Assembly: GCA_963711955.1 (NCBI GenBank)
Contig: CAVQGC010000001.1
Span: 41,203 to 105,202, forward strand
Reading direction: 5' to 3'
Origin: an uncultured Alphaproteobacteria bacterium
GTDB lineage: Bacteria > Pseudomonadota > Alphaproteobacteria > Rhizobiales > Xanthobacteraceae
Length of the DNA stretch: 64,000 bases
This document shows positions 51,581-63,029 of this stretch, one piece after another (the stretch's first letter is position 1; every line of letters starts with the position of its first letter). A model generated the notes under the pieces. That model was not told the DNA's origin. It was given only the letters and a program-made list of their open reading frames with translations, and ran no database searches. The position numbers and the translations under genes are program-made.

Positions 51581-52540
51581 TTACGCCATGTACCTTTGCA
51601 TCCACTCCGCCAAATCCTTCACCGCCTCCTGCAATTTGAACTGCGGGCTCGTAGCCGAGATATTTCTTTGCGCGGCTCAAGTCCGCGTGCTCGGAGCGGT
51701 TCGCCAGCGAGATCGCAGTCCCCTTCGGCGCCTCGAACTTCACCTTGGCGCCCGGCACCTCGGCCTGGATCGCCGTGGCCATCTCGGCGGGCGTGGTGAG
51801 CCGGCCCATGGTCACATTGAAAATGCGTGAGCCCAAATCCTTCGCGTCGAGCGCCATCACGGTCGCGCGCGCTGCGTCCTTGGAATAGACCCACTCCATC
51901 GCGCCCGGCGGCACGATTGCCTCCTTGCCGGCGAGCGCGTTCCTGATCGCCTCGCGCATGACGTTCGACGGCCCGCCGCCGCCGGCGCCGCTCCACGGCC
52001 CGAACGCCGCGCCGTAGCGCAGCCCTGCGAACTCGATGCCGCACCATTTGGCGTAGTTGAGGCCGAGGCTTTCGACCGCCTGCTTGGTCGCCGAATAGAA
52101 CGTGGTCGGCCGCGGGAACAACTCCTCCTTGCCGAAGTGGCCGCCGTCCTCGCCGCCGTCGAGATAATGGTTGAGCACGCTCGACGACGACACCACGACG
52201 CGCTTGAGCCCCAGGATGCGCGCGGCTTCGAGCACGTTCACGGTGCCCATGATGTTGAGGTTGATCGCGCTGTAAGGCTCGCGCTGCGCGCCGAGCGTCA
52301 GCAGCGGATTGGCGGCGGTGTGCGCGATCTTGGTGATGCCGTGGCGCTTGATCGCGTCGGCGATGGAGAGCGGGCGCAACACGTCGCCCTGGATCAGCGT
52401 CACCTTGGCGAGATCGACGATCTGGCCGATCGCTTCCTTCTGCGCGGCGACGTCCATCAGCACGGGCGTTTCGCCGCGCTCGGTGAGAAGCGCGCGACCT
52501 GCGAGCCGATCAGGCCGGCGCCGATAACGAGTGTGGTCAT
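51581..52540 (-). CDS. NAD-dependent epimerase/dehydratase (frameshifted at both ends)
   Basis: MTTLVIGAGLIG, HTAA, N..GTVNVLEA, YSATK. Confidence 0.85.
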
Positions 52541-52675
52541 GCCGTGTTCCTCCGCCCTCTCCACCGTCATGCCCGGCCTTGTCGGTGGAGCGGAATTGCA
52601 CCCATCGCCAGCAATCGTATTTCGCCGCTATTCTCCAATCGAACGCACTTCAAGAAAACCCCGGCGAGGAACATC

Positions 52676-53368
52676 ATGCCAAAATATCTTCTGGTCAGCT
52701 TCAAGACCTGCCCCTGGGTGCAGCGCGCGGCGATCGTGCTGCGCGAGAAGAACGTCGAGTTCGAGTTCCGCCATATCGACCGGGACAACCGGCCGGACTG
52801 GTTCCTCGCCATCTCGCCGCACAAGAAAGTGCCGGTGCTGAGCATCGACGGCAAGGTGTCGCTGTTCGAGTCGAACGCGATCAACGAATACCTCGACGAG
52901 ACCATCGAGCCGCGGCTGCACCCGGACGATCCGGTGCTGCGCGCGGTCAACCGGGCGTGGACCGACTATCTGCCGACCTTCTCCGAAATGGTGACGGGGG
53001 CGGCCTACTCGGAGGACGAAGCCGAGTACAAGCAAGACATCGCGCAAATCCCGCTGGCGTTCGCGCGGCTCGAGGGCGCGCTGGAGAAGCAGGGCGCCGG
53101 GCCGTTCTTCAACGGCGCGAAATATTCGCTGGTCGATGCCGCCTATGCGCCGTTCCTGCAGCGCTATTATTTTCTCGACCGCATCAAGCCGCTCGGCGTG
53201 ATCGAGAAATTCCCGCGGGTGAAGGCTTGGGCCGACACGCTGCGCAAGCGGCCTTCGACGCATTCATTCCCGGAGGCCGAGCTTGAGCCGCTCTACCGGC
53301 TGAATGTGAAGAACCGGAAGAAGTACCTCTCGCAGTTCGTCGCCGACGCGGCGGTCGCAGCGGAGTAG
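52676..53368 (+). CDS. Glutathione S-transferase (omega-like, CPW)
   Basis: TCPWVQR, SP.KKVPVL, LFESNAINEYLDE, SLVD. Confidence 0.92.
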   Translation: MPKYLLVSFKTCPWVQRAAIVLREKNVEFEFRHIDRDNRPDWFLAISPHKKVPVLSIDGKVSLFESNAINEYLDETIEPRLHPDDPVLRAVNRAWTDYLPTFSEMVTGAAYSEDEAEYKQDIAQIPLAFARLEGALEKQGAGPFFNGAKYSLVDAAYAPFLQRYYFLDRIKPLGVIEKFPRVKAWADTLRKRPSTHSFPEAELEPLYRLNVKNRKKYLSQFVADAAVAAE

Positions 53369-54229
53369 TCATGGCGCGGGCTCAACCCGCGTCCGCTCCT
53401 CGCGCCACTTGCAGATCACGGTGTTCAGCTCCGCGCCGTAGATGAAGATCGACGCGGTGAGATAGAGGAACACCAGCGCCATCATCACCGAGGCCAGGCC
53501 GGCGTAGTAGGTGACATAGGTGTAGGCGAAGCCAGACAGGTAGTCGCCGAACAGCTCACCGGCGAGCAGCCACAGCACCAGTGTCACCAGGATGCCGGGC
53601 CAGATCTGCGACAGCCGGCGCCGGCCGGCCGGCAGCCATTTGTGCACGATGAACAGCGCCGCGACGAATACGGTGGCGGCAGTGGCGAGCCGGAGGAAGT
53701 TGAACATGGGCCACAGCGGACTGAGTTGCGGCACGTAAAGCACCGCGGTCGCGAAGATCAGCGGCGCCAGCACCACCAGGAACGCCAGCACCAGCAACCC
53801 GATGGCCGCGATGATGACGTAGCCGATCGCTTCCAGCCGCATCAGCCACATGCTCCGCGTTTCGACGACGCCATAGGCGCGATTGAGGCCGATGCGCAGA
53901 CTCTCGATGCCGCTCGAGGCAAAGAAGATCGCAAGCAGCACGCCGACGGTGAGCACGTCACCGCGTGCGGTGCCGAGCACGTTCTGCACCTCCTTGGCGA
54001 GCGGCGTCGCCACCTGGGTCGGCCAGGCTTCCAGCAGGATTTGCGCCACCTCGTTGGCGAGCTCGATGGTGCCAAAGTATGGCGCCAGCGCCGCGACCAG
54101 GATCAGGAACGGAAACAGCGACATCAGCGCCGAGAGCGCGATGTGGCTCGCGATCGCCCAGCCGTCATCGGCGTTGAAGCGAGAGAACGCATCCAGAGCG
54201 ATCTGGTAGCAGAGGCGCAATATCCCCAC
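53369..54229 (-). CDS. YihY/BrkB family membrane protein
   Basis: A.SALMSLFPFL, LNRAYG..ETR, Y..YYAGLAS, FIYGAELN. Confidence 0.9.
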   Translation of the reverse strand: MGILRLCYQIALDAFSRFNADDGWAIASHIALSALMSLFPFLILVAALAPYFGTIELANEVAQILLEAWPTQVATPLAKEVQNVLGTARGDVLTVGVLLAIFFASSGIESLRIGLNRAYGVVETRSMWLMRLEAIGYVIIAAIGLLVLAFLVVLAPLIFATAVLYVPQLSPLWPMFNFLRLATAATVFVAALFIVHKWLPAGRRRLSQIWPGILVTLVLWLLAGELFGDYLSGFAYTYVTYYAGLASVMMALVFLYLTASIFIYGAELNTVICKWREERTRVEPAP

Positions 54230-54299
54230 GGCGTCCTCGCCCGGCCAAGGTACGCTGAAATCGCGGATTATCGGACGATTGGCAAGAGGCAACGGAAAC

Positions 54300-54926
54300 T
54301 CAGGCCTCGCCGGTGAGTTCCCGCAGGCGCTTCACCTCGGCCTCCAGCGCGGCGAGCCGCCGCCCGGCTTCCGCGAGCGCGGCATCGACGTCGGCCTCCT
54401 CGTAGCGCACCGGGATGTGCTGCTCGCAGTTCGCGTCCCAGGCCGTGACGGTGAACAGGATCGCCTGCTCCGGCCGCGCCTTGTAGTCCTCCGGCATCAG
54501 CTTGGCGATGAGCTCGGCGTCGCCTTCGACGACGCGCGCCGTGCCCCAGATCTTCACGCGCCTTTTGTGTGTGTAATCGACCAGGAACAGATGCGCCTTG
54601 GGGTTGTCGGACAGATTGCCTTGGGTGATGTACTGCCGGTTGCCGCGGAAGTCGGCGAAGCCGATGGTCTTCTCGTCGAGCACGCGAAGAAAACCCGGCG
54701 GCCCGCCGCGGTGCTGGATGTAGGGCTGGCCGTCCGCGTTGGCGGTGGCGAGGAAGATGCTGATCTGCGCTTCGATGAACATCTTGAGATCGGGCGTGAT
54801 GGCGGTCTGCCAGCCGCCGCGTTCTTCCATCTTGCCGTAAGCGCCGCGCGAGCCCTTGCGGGCCTGGATCGCCTTCACGGTCGGAGTGAAGGCGACGTCG
54901 CTCGAATACGTATGGTCGGTCGTCAT
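54300..54926 (-). CDS. Pyridoxamine 5'-phosphate oxidase-like FMN-binding protein
   Basis: [34 protein letters not shown]. Confidence 0.88.
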   Translation of the reverse strand: MTTDHTYSSDVAFTPTVKAIQARKGSRGAYGKMEERGGWQTAITPDLKMFIEAQISIFLATANADGQPYIQHRGGPPGFLRVLDEKTIGFADFRGNRQYITQGNLSDNPKAHLFLVDYTHKRRVKIWGTARVVEGDAELIAKLMPEDYKARPEQAILFTVTAWDANCEQHIPVRYEEADVDAALAEAGRRLAALEAEVKRLRELTGEA

Positions 54927-55387
54927 AATCCCAGCTCGCTCAGGGAAGGGTGATCGTCGGGCCGGCGTCCCAGCGGCCAGCGATACTTGCGCTCGCTGTC
55001 CTTGATCGGCAGGTCGTTGATGCTGGCGATGCGCAGCCGCATCAGGCCCTGCTCGTCGAACTCCCAGTTCTCGTTGCCGTAGCTGCGGAACCAGCTCCCG
55101 CTGTCGTCATGCCACTCGTAGGCGAAGCGCACCGCGATGCGGTTGTCGCGGAACGCCCAGACCTCCTTGATCAGTCGGTAGTCCAATTCCTTCGCCCACT
55201 TGCGCGTCAGGAATGCCTCGATCGCATCGCGGCCCTGCAGGAATTCGGAGCGGTTTCGCCAGTGGCTGTCCGGCGTGTAGGCGAGCGCGACGCGTGCCGG
55301 CTCGCGGGTGTTCCAGGCGTCCTCGGCCATGCGGGCCTTCTGCGCGGCGGTCTCGGCGTTGAACGGCGGAAACGGCGGACGGCTCAT
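54923..55387 (-). CDS. DUF1348 / SnoaL-like (NTF2) protein
   Basis: [29 protein letters not shown]. Confidence 0.9.
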   Translation of the reverse strand: MSRPPFPPFNAETAAQKARMAEDAWNTREPARVALAYTPDSHWRNRSEFLQGRDAIEAFLTRKWAKELDYRLIKEVWAFRDNRIAVRFAYEWHDDSGSWFRSYGNENWEFDEQGLMRLRIASINDLPIKDSERKYRWPLGRRPDDHPSLSELGL

Positions 55388-55488
55388 GGCGATCCCTCCA
55401 GCGGATTTGGCATATCGGAGCCCGGCGCGGCCGATACTAGCCGCCTGCCGTTCACGGATCGATCACGATTTCGGAAACTGCGAAAGTC

Positions 55489-57491
55489 CTACGCCGCCTG
55501 CACGTCGGTCAGGAAGCGCTGCACCTCGGCTTCGAGGTTCTCGGCCTCGACGGCCAGCGCGTCGGCCAGCGCCTTGACGTCGCCCGCGGTGGTGCGGGCA
55601 TCGGTCGATGTGCCGGCGACGCGGCTCATCGCTTCGGCGCCACCCTGCGCTTCGAGCGAAGCGCGGTTGACGCCCTCTGCGATCGACGAGATCGCCGCGT
55701 TCTGCTCTTCGACCGTGACCGAAACAGTCGACGCGATTTCCGACATGTCGCCGATGATGGCGTTGACCTGGGCGATGGCTTGCGCCGCGTCGGCGGCGGC
55801 GGACTGGATCGCGCCGATCTGCTCGGCGATTTCCTCGGTCGCCTTGGCGGTTTGCCCGGCGAGCGACTTCACCTCGGAGGCCACCACGGCGAAGCCGCGG
55901 CCGGCTTCGCCCGCGCGCGCCGCCTCGATGGTGGCGTTGAGCGCCAGCAGGTTGGTCTGCGCGGCGATCGCCTGGATCAGTCCGATCACCTCGCCGATCC
56001 GGGTGGCGGCGTTGCCCAGGTCGGTCATGGTTTGCGCGGTGCGCTGCGCCTCCGATACCGCGCGTCCGGCGACGTCGGTCGACTTGCCGGCCTGGCTCGC
56101 GATCTCGCTGATCGAGGCGGCCAGCTCCTCGACCGAGCTCGCCGCCGCAGTGACGTTGTGCGAGGCGGCGTTGACGCTGGTCTCGGCGCTCTTCGCCTCG
56201 GCGGACACCGCGTCGGCGGCGCCGTTGAGCTTGGTCGCGGACACTTCGAGCTGCACCGCGGCGCCGCGCAGCTTGCCGAGCGCCTGCTGCACCGAATTGC
56301 GGAACGAGCCGATGGTCGACGCGATGACGTCGCCGCGCTGCTCCTTGGCGCGTGCTGTTGCGATCTGATCGCCCGCCAGCCGCTCGCGCTCGATCATGGT
56401 GTCGCGGAACACGATCACGGTGCGCGCCATGGCGCCGATTTCGTCCGAAGCGCGGGTGGCGGGAATGCGGGCCGCGGTATCGCCGGCGGCGAGCTGCTTC
56501 ATCGCGCCGGCGAGCCCCTTGAGCGGGCGGGTGATGCTGCGGCCGATCAGCCAGCTGAAGCCGAGCCCGATCAGCACGGCGGCGCAGCCCACCAGGATGA
56601 TGATTGTCGTGGTGCGCGCTTGCGAGGCGGAGAGCGCGGTGGATGCCGCGCTGGCGTTGAAGCGCGCCGAAGCGATGATGTCGTCGGTGATCGGCATCAG
56701 GCTGCGCAGCTCGATATCGATCGACGCGACGTCGGCACCGACCGTGTTGGTGCTCTCGATCCATTCGGCGAACGTGTCGGCGTAGGTTTTAACCTGCTGG
56801 CTCAGGCTCTGCTTCATCACCTCGGCGGCGATGATGCCCGACAGCGTCTGAGTTGAACGCCTTGAATTCGTCGAAGAATTCGGCGTTCGCGAAGCTGCGT
56901 CCGGGTCAGCCGGTAGTCGCTTTCATAGCGCCGCATGACCAGCAGCGAAATCAGCAGCCTTCTGCGCGTCGGTCTTGGTCAGCCACGACATCTCCTCGTT
57001 GATGATGCGCTCGACCGCGGTCGCGGCAACCGCGCATCCGCCGGCGGATGCCTTCGTCTTCGGAGAAGCCGAGCGCCTTCTGCTCGTTGGTCAGGTGGAA
57101 AATCGGGCGTTCAGCTCGGCAATGCGCTTGCGCAGGCCTTCGATCTCGGCGGCGCACGCTCGGCGTGGCGCGCTGCCTTCGATTCGGCGCAGGCTGTTGA
57201 GTGACCGCCTGATGGATGTCCTCGAACGACTGGACAAGCGCGGTGCTTGGCTGCGCGGCGAAGTCGCGCACCACGATGCGCATGCCGCTGAGCGCGGCCT
57301 TGAGGTCCTGGCTCGTTTCGGCGAGCGTGGTCGGCGTGCTGACGCTGGCGAAGGCGTTTTCGACTTCGGCCTGGCCGGTGATGAAGGCGGTGCCGTTGGC
57401 GAGAAAGCCGAGCAGCGGAATGGCCGCGAGCACGACGATGCGCGTGCGGACCGTCAGATCCTGAGACCAGGCGAAGCGCGGAGGATGTCAT
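55489..57491 (-). CDS. Methyl-accepting chemotaxis protein (frameshifted N-terminal half)
   Basis: TM-HAMP (DEIGAMAR), [30 protein letters not shown]. Confidence 0.92.
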
Positions 57492-57678
57492 GCAGCTGCG
57501 ATGTTTCTCGCGGCGCGCCGACCTCGCCGCGTGCAACCGAATGGTAATCCGGTGCTTAAAAAGGGCTCAAAATGGTTAATAATCTCAAAAAATCAGACAT
57601 TTCGACCGATCGGTCCTCATTTGCGTCCGTCTGTGCCGCTGTCGATAGAGCAAGATGTGCCATTGCCGGTTGCGTTTG

Positions 57679-57690
57679 TGCGCCGCACAA
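57679..57690 (+). promoter_or_regulatory. PhaR-like box upstream of mcd
   Basis: TGCGCCGCACAA; near-identical TGCGCCGCACCA upstream of etfB. Confidence 0.5.
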
Positions 57691-57717
57691 TAAGCGCATC
57701 AGCGTTGGAGCGCGATA

Positions 57718-59404
57718 ATGCCGCAAGCCGCTGCCGTCACACCGCTCGCCGCCGGGCATGACCTTGTGACCATGGCGCGTGGCGCGGTCGCAGCGGGGGA
57801 GGCGATCCTGCCGACGCCAGCGCCAAGGTGCGCGAGCGGGTCACCGTCGATGGCCGCATCGTCAGCCGCACCGTTCGACCGCGAGCAGCGCGCCACCCAC
57901 GGGCTGGCGTGGCTCGCGACCTACGTCGAGGCGGTGCGCCAGCTCGCCGCCTACGCCGAGCGCATGCAATCGAGCCAACCGGCTCGGCGAGATCGAGGAT
58001 CTGCTGGTCCGCATCGGGCTCGGCGAGTACCTCGCGCAGATCCTCGGCGGCATTCCGATCAGCCAGGGCGAGATCGTGCGGCTGTCCGACCTCGGCCTGA
58101 CGCGCGCAGGCGGTCGCCGCGCGCGTCACGCCCGAAGTCGACATGCTGATCGCGTCGGGCAACACGGCGTTGCGCCGTGCGCGCCTCGTCGAGCTGATGC
58201 GCGGCGCCAAGACCGCGACGGTCGGCGCCTGCGGCCTCGACGACACGCTGGAATCGATCCGCGACGAGATGCGCAAGTTCGCCGACAGCGAGGTGATCGA
58301 CCACGCGCAGGGCTGGCACCGCACCAACAGCTACATCCCGATGGAGGTGATCAGCCAGATGGCGGACCTCGGCGTGTTCGGCCTCACCATCCCCGAGGAG
58401 TTCGGCGGCATGGGGCTCGGCAAGGAATCGATGTGCGTCGTCTCCGAGGAACTGTCGCGCGGCTATATCGGCGTCGGCTCGCTCGGCACCCGCACCGAGA
58501 TCGCCGCCGAGCTGATCCTCGGCAGCGGCACCGAGGAGCAGAAGAAGCAGTGGCTGCCCAAGCTCGCCTCCGGCGAGGTGCTGCCGACCGCGGTGTTCAC
58601 CGAGCCGAACACCGGCTCGGACCTCGCCTCGATCAAGACCCGCGCCGTCAAGGACGGCGACGTCTATCGCGGTCCAGGGCAACAAGACCTGGATCACGCA
58701 TCCGGTGCGCGCCGACCTGATGACGCTGCTGGTGCGCACCAATCCGAAGGAGCCCGGCTATCGCGGCATCTCCATGCTGCTGGCCGAAAAGCCGCGCGGC
58801 GATGACGCCAGTCCGTTCCCGGCCGAGGGCATGACCGGCACCGAGATCGAGGTGCTCGGCTATCGCGGCATGAAGGAATACGAGATCGCGTTCGACGGCT
58901 TCGAGGTGAAGGCGGCGAACCTGCTTGGCGGCGTCGAGGGGCTCGGCTTCAAGCAGCTCATGTCGACCTTCGAGTCGGCGCGCATCCAGACCGCGGCGCG
59001 CGCCATCGGCGTGGCGCAGGCGGCGATGGAGCAGGCGCTCGGCTATGCGCAGAGCCGCGTGCAGTTCGGCGAGCCGATCGTCAGTTTCCCGCGCGTCGCC
59101 GACAAGATCGCCATGATGGCGGTCGAGATCATGATCGCGCGCCAGCTCACCTACTACGCGGCGCGGGAGAAGGACTCCGGCCGCCGCTGCGATCTCGAGG
59201 CCGGCATGGCGAAGCTGCTCGCGGCGCGGATCGCCTGGGCCGAACGCCGACAACGCGGTGCAGATCCACGGCGGCAACGGCTTCGCCATGGAGTTTCCGG
59301 TGTCGCGCATCCTGTGCGACGCGCGCATCCTGTCGATCTTCGAGGGCGCGGCGGAAATCCAGGCGCACGTCATCGCGCGCCGGCTGCTCGACGGCAGCAA
59401 TTGA
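57718..59404 (+). CDS. mcd: (2S)-methylsuccinyl-CoA dehydrogenase (extended acyl-CoA DH), frameshifted
   Basis: [12 protein letters not shown]-domain, [45 protein letters not shown]; near ccr/ecm. Confidence 0.88.
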
Positions 59405-59417
59405 GATTCGCCTCTCA

Positions 59418-59500
59418 CGTCATGCCCGGCCTTGTGCCGGGCATCCACTTCTTACTTTGCAGCCAAGGCGTGGATGGCCGGGACAAGCCCGGCCATGACG
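59418..59500. repeat. REP-like doublet (GTCATGCCCGGCCTTGTGCCGGGCATCCAC family)
   Basis: Inverted hairpin arms between convergent genes. Confidence 0.88.
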
Positions 59501-59509
59501 GAGTGTGCG

Positions 59510-60441
59510 TTACGCCCGGAATCCCAAATCCCGCAGCGACATCGCGATCGCCTTGTGGAACGGCGTGTGCGGCACCTTGCCGATCGCCGCTTCGAGCTTG
59601 GTGCCGTCGATGCGGTGCGGGACCTTCCACAGATACTCCAGCTCGGCGAGCTCGCGGCCGAGCGCCATCAGCCGGCCGATGGTCTTGAGCGTCCACCAGC
59701 TCATGTGGCGCACGTTGACCTTGTTGCGCGTGGCGGCTTCGATCGCGTCGATCATCTCGCGGCCGGTCACGCGCGTAGCCGGGAAAGCCGAACGTCTCGA
59801 ACGCGGCGAAATCCGCGCGCCGCTCCGCGAGCCGCACCGCGGTTTCGGCAAGATCCGGGCACATAGGCCCAAGGGTGCATCACATCGTCGGGGCCGGGAT
59901 AGGTGATGCGGTTCTTCTCCAGCTCCTTGACCACCACCAGGTCGAACCACGAGCCGCGCCCCGAGCCGAAGAAGTCGCCGGCGCGCAGCACGATCGCGCG
60001 CATGCCGCGGTCGCAGGCCTCGCGGATGCGCTGCTCGATCTCGACGCGCATCCTGCCCTTGCGCATGGTCGGATGCATCGGCGTGGTCTCGTCGATCACC
60101 TCCGGCATGTCGCGGCCGTAGTTCCACACGCTGCCGGGAAACATCAGCGTCGCGCCGCTGCCTTCGGCCGCCGCGATGCCCGCATAGGCGTGCGACAGCG
60201 CGTCGCGCTGCCACATCGTGATCGCCGGGTTGAGCGCGTTGAGCACGATGGCGCAGCCCTGCGCCGCCTCGACCGCGGCGTCGCGCGTCACGATCTCCAC
60301 CACTTCGGTGCCGCGCGCCGCGAACGCGGCCCTGCCGGGCCGCACCAGGCTTTTGACGCGCCAGCCGGCGTCGCGGAACGCCTCCGCCGCGGCGTGGCCG
60401 AAGCGCCCGCCGGCGCCCATGACCAGGATGCCGTCGCTCAT
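59510..60441 (-). CDS. NAD(P)-binding epimerase-like protein (frameshifted)
   Basis: [28 protein letters not shown]. Confidence 0.82.
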
Positions 60442-60511
60442 GACAGCGTCCCGGCAGGGACATGGCTTCAGGACGTGGCGCTCAGCGCCGCGCGGTGCTA
60501 TCTGCATCGGC

Positions 60512-60706
60512 ATGGGTCAGTTCATGTCGCAATATATCGTGCCCATCGCGATCGGCGCGGTGGCGATCGTGCTGGTGCTCGGCCTCATCAACATGATGCG
60601 CGGCGGCTCGCCCAACACGTCGCAGAAGCTGATGCGGCTGCGCGTGCTGCTGCAGTTCGTCGCCATCGTCATCATCATGGCGACGATCTGGGTGATGGGG
60701 CGCTAG
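60512..60706 (+). CDS. Twin-transmembrane-helix small protein (HIG1-like)
   Basis: VLVLGLINM.RGG....SQKLMRLRVLLQ. Confidence 0.88.
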   Translation: MGQFMSQYIVPIAIGAVAIVLVLGLINMMRGGSPNTSQKLMRLRVLLQFVAIVIIMATIWVMGR

Positions 60707-60719
60707 CTGAGATTTGCGC

Positions 60720-60918
60720 TCAGCGATAAGGCGCCGCCCGCATATATTCTTCTTTCTTGGCCTTCGGCTTTTTCGCCTTCTTGGCCTTCTTCTTCTGGCC
60801 AGCGCATCGCTGTGCGCGGCGGCATTGGCGTGATGCGCGAAGGCCGGCGGCGCGGCGGCGGGGATCATCAGCAGGGCGGCGGCAAGCGCTATGGCAGAAA
60901 TGGCATCAGGAATGGCAT
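60720..60918 (-). CDS. Small exported Lys-rich protein (frameshifted)
   Basis: Signal-like LAAALLMIPAAAPPAFA followed by KKKAKKAKKPKAKKEEYMRAAPYR; GGAG RBS. Confidence 0.5.
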
Positions 60919-61006
60919 GGGTTTCTCCCTCATTGGTTCCAGGTCCCGTTGGGATAGAATAGCGCCTGCGCCGAAATCCAGCTAACCGCGCGCACAGAGG
61001 CAAGCC

Positions 61007-61580
61007 ATGGTCGTCCTGAACCGCATCTATACGCGCACCGGCGACGACGGCACCACCGCGCTCGGCTCCGGCGACCGGCGCAAGAAATACGACCTGCGGG
61101 TCGCGGCCTACGGCACGCTCGACGAGGTCAACGCGGTGCTCGGCATCGTGCGGCTGCACACCGCGGGCGATGCGGCGCTCGATCCGGCGCTGGCGCGCAT
61201 CCAGAACGACCTGTTCGACGTCGAGGCCGACCTCTGCCTGTCGGAGAAGGGGCCGGGCGGCGCGCGGCTCACCGTCACCGACGCGCAGGTCGAATGGATC
61301 GAGCAGGAGATCGACCGGCTCAACGCCGACCTCGCGCCGCTGCGCTCGTTCATCCTGCCGGGCGGCAGCGCGGCCGCCGCCTATATGCATCTTGCGCGCA
61401 CCATATGCCGCCGCGCCGAGCGCATCATGGTGCGAGCTGCGCGATCAGCCGGGCGAGACGGTCACCGACGCCTCGCTGAAATACGTCAACCGGCTGTCGG
61501 ACTTCCTGTTCGTCGCCGGCCGCCACGCCAACGACAAGGGCGCGCGCGACGTGCTGTGGGCGCCGGGGCAGAACCGATAG
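61007..61580 (+). CDS. pduO: PduO-type cob(I)alamin adenosyltransferase (frameshift near 61430)
   Basis: IYTRTGDDGTT, AYGTLDE.N, SFILPGG, ARTICRRAER, NRLSDFLF. Confidence 0.92.
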
Positions 61581-61586
61581 CGTGTC

Positions 61587-62206
61587 ATGCCGCGTTCGGG
61601 CCATCGGATCGTTGCTGCGTCGCGTTGCATCGCGCCGGCGGCGCTGGCCGATCCGATGAGCGATCTCACCAAAGACGGCAACGCCGTCTGCTTCCGCCGC
61701 GACTATGACGCGGCGCACCTGAAAAAGAATTCCAGTCAGCAGGTCACCTCGATGACGGTCTGGATCGCGGGCAAGGATCGAAATGAGAAGCGGCAACACG
61801 GGACTTGCCCTGACGCGCCGCGGCGACCGGCAGCCGCTGTTTCTCGCCGGCGATTGCTCGTGGGGCAACTTCGACGGTCCGCCGAACTGGATGCCGTCGT
61901 TCACGCAAGAGTTTCGGCGCGGGCTGCGTCACATTGGCCGTCCCCGACGTCTTCACCAACGTCAGCAGCGCAAAGGAGGGCGGCGGTGTGATCCTCGACC
62001 CGGCCCCCGACGGCAAGACCATGATGGTTCACCTCGACGGGCGGCAGTCCATGGTCAAGCGCGGCGACCGCGAGGATGAGATTTCCGTCAAGCTTGGCGC
62101 CGACGACCGCGTCTTCCTGGTGCGCCGGGTCGACGCCAAGGCGTGCGATTTCCTCAAGGAGGCTGTGACGACCCTGGAGCCTGGACCCGAGCTGCGCGCA
62201 CGTTGA
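61587..62206 (+). CDS. Hypothetical exported protein (frameshifted)
   Basis: Signal-like start, CFRRDYDAAHL...Q.VT, LG.DDRVFL; coding-like codon bias. Confidence 0.6.
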
Positions 62207-62230
62207 CCCCCGAAAGGGCGGCTATTAGGG

Positions 62231-62242
62231 TGCGCCGCACCA
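62231..62242 (+). promoter_or_regulatory. PhaR-like box upstream of etfB
   Basis: TGCGCCGCACCA, 40 nt before the ATG. Confidence 0.5.
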
Positions 62243-62282
62243 ATTCCGCGGGCCGCAACCGGCCCGAAAGAGCAGTTCCAGC

Positions 62283-63029
62283 ATGAAGATTCTGGTGCCC
62301 GTCAAACGGGTGGTCGACAAGGACATCAAAATTCGCGTCAAGGCGGACGGCTCGGGCGTCGAGCTCGCCAACGTCAAGATGTCGATGAATCCGTTCGACG
62401 AGATCGCGGTCGAAGAAGCGATCCGTCTGAAGGAGGCCGGCAAGGCGACCGAGATCGTCGCCGTTTCGATCGGTCCGCAGCAGGCCGGCGAGACGATCCG
62501 CACCGCGCTCGCCATGGGCGCCGACCGCGGCATCCTGGTGAAGGTCGACGGCGCGGTCGAGCCGCTCGCGGTGGCGAAGATTCTGAAAGCCGTGGTCGAT
62601 GCCGAGCAGCCCGGCCTCGTCATCCTCGGCAAGCAGGCGATCGACGACGACTGCAACCAGACCGGACAGATGCTGGCCGCGCTGACCGGCTGGCCGCAGG
62701 GCACCTTCGCCTCGAAGCTCGTGATCGACGGCGACACCGTCCAGGTGACGCGCGAGGTCGACGGCGGCTTGCAGACCGTGAAGCTGAAGGGCCCGGCGAT
62801 CGTCACCACCGACCTGCGCCTCAACGAGCCGCGCTACGCGTCGCTGCCGAACATCATGAAGGCGAAGAAGAAGCCGATCGACGAGAAGACGCCCGACGCC
62901 TACGGCGTCGACGCCAAGCCGCGGCTTGAAGTGCTGAAGACCGTGGAGCCGTCCGGCCGCAAGTCCGGCGTCAAGGTCGGCTCGCCCGCCGAGCTGGTCG
63001 GCAAGCTCAAGGACGCGGGGATCATCTGA
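62283..63029 (+). CDS. etfB: Electron transfer flavoprotein beta subunit
   Basis: [38 protein letters not shown]. Confidence 0.97.
   Translation: MKILVPVKRVVDKDIKIRVKADGSGVELANVKMSMNPFDEIAVEEAIRLKEAGKATEIVAVSIGPQQAGETIRTALAMGADRGILVKVDGAVEPLAVAKILKAVVDAEQPGLVILGKQAIDDDCNQTGQMLAALTGWPQGTFASKLVIDGDTVQVTREVDGGLQTVKLKGPAIVTTDLRLNEPRYASLPNIMKAKKKPIDEKTPDAYGVDAKPRLEVLKTVEPSGRKSGVKVGSPAELVGKLKDAGII

Noticed and set aside
1011-59500. REP doublets as a CRISPR array
   Set aside because: They are dispersed inverted pairs, not tandem direct repeats with unique spacers, and no cas genes are present.
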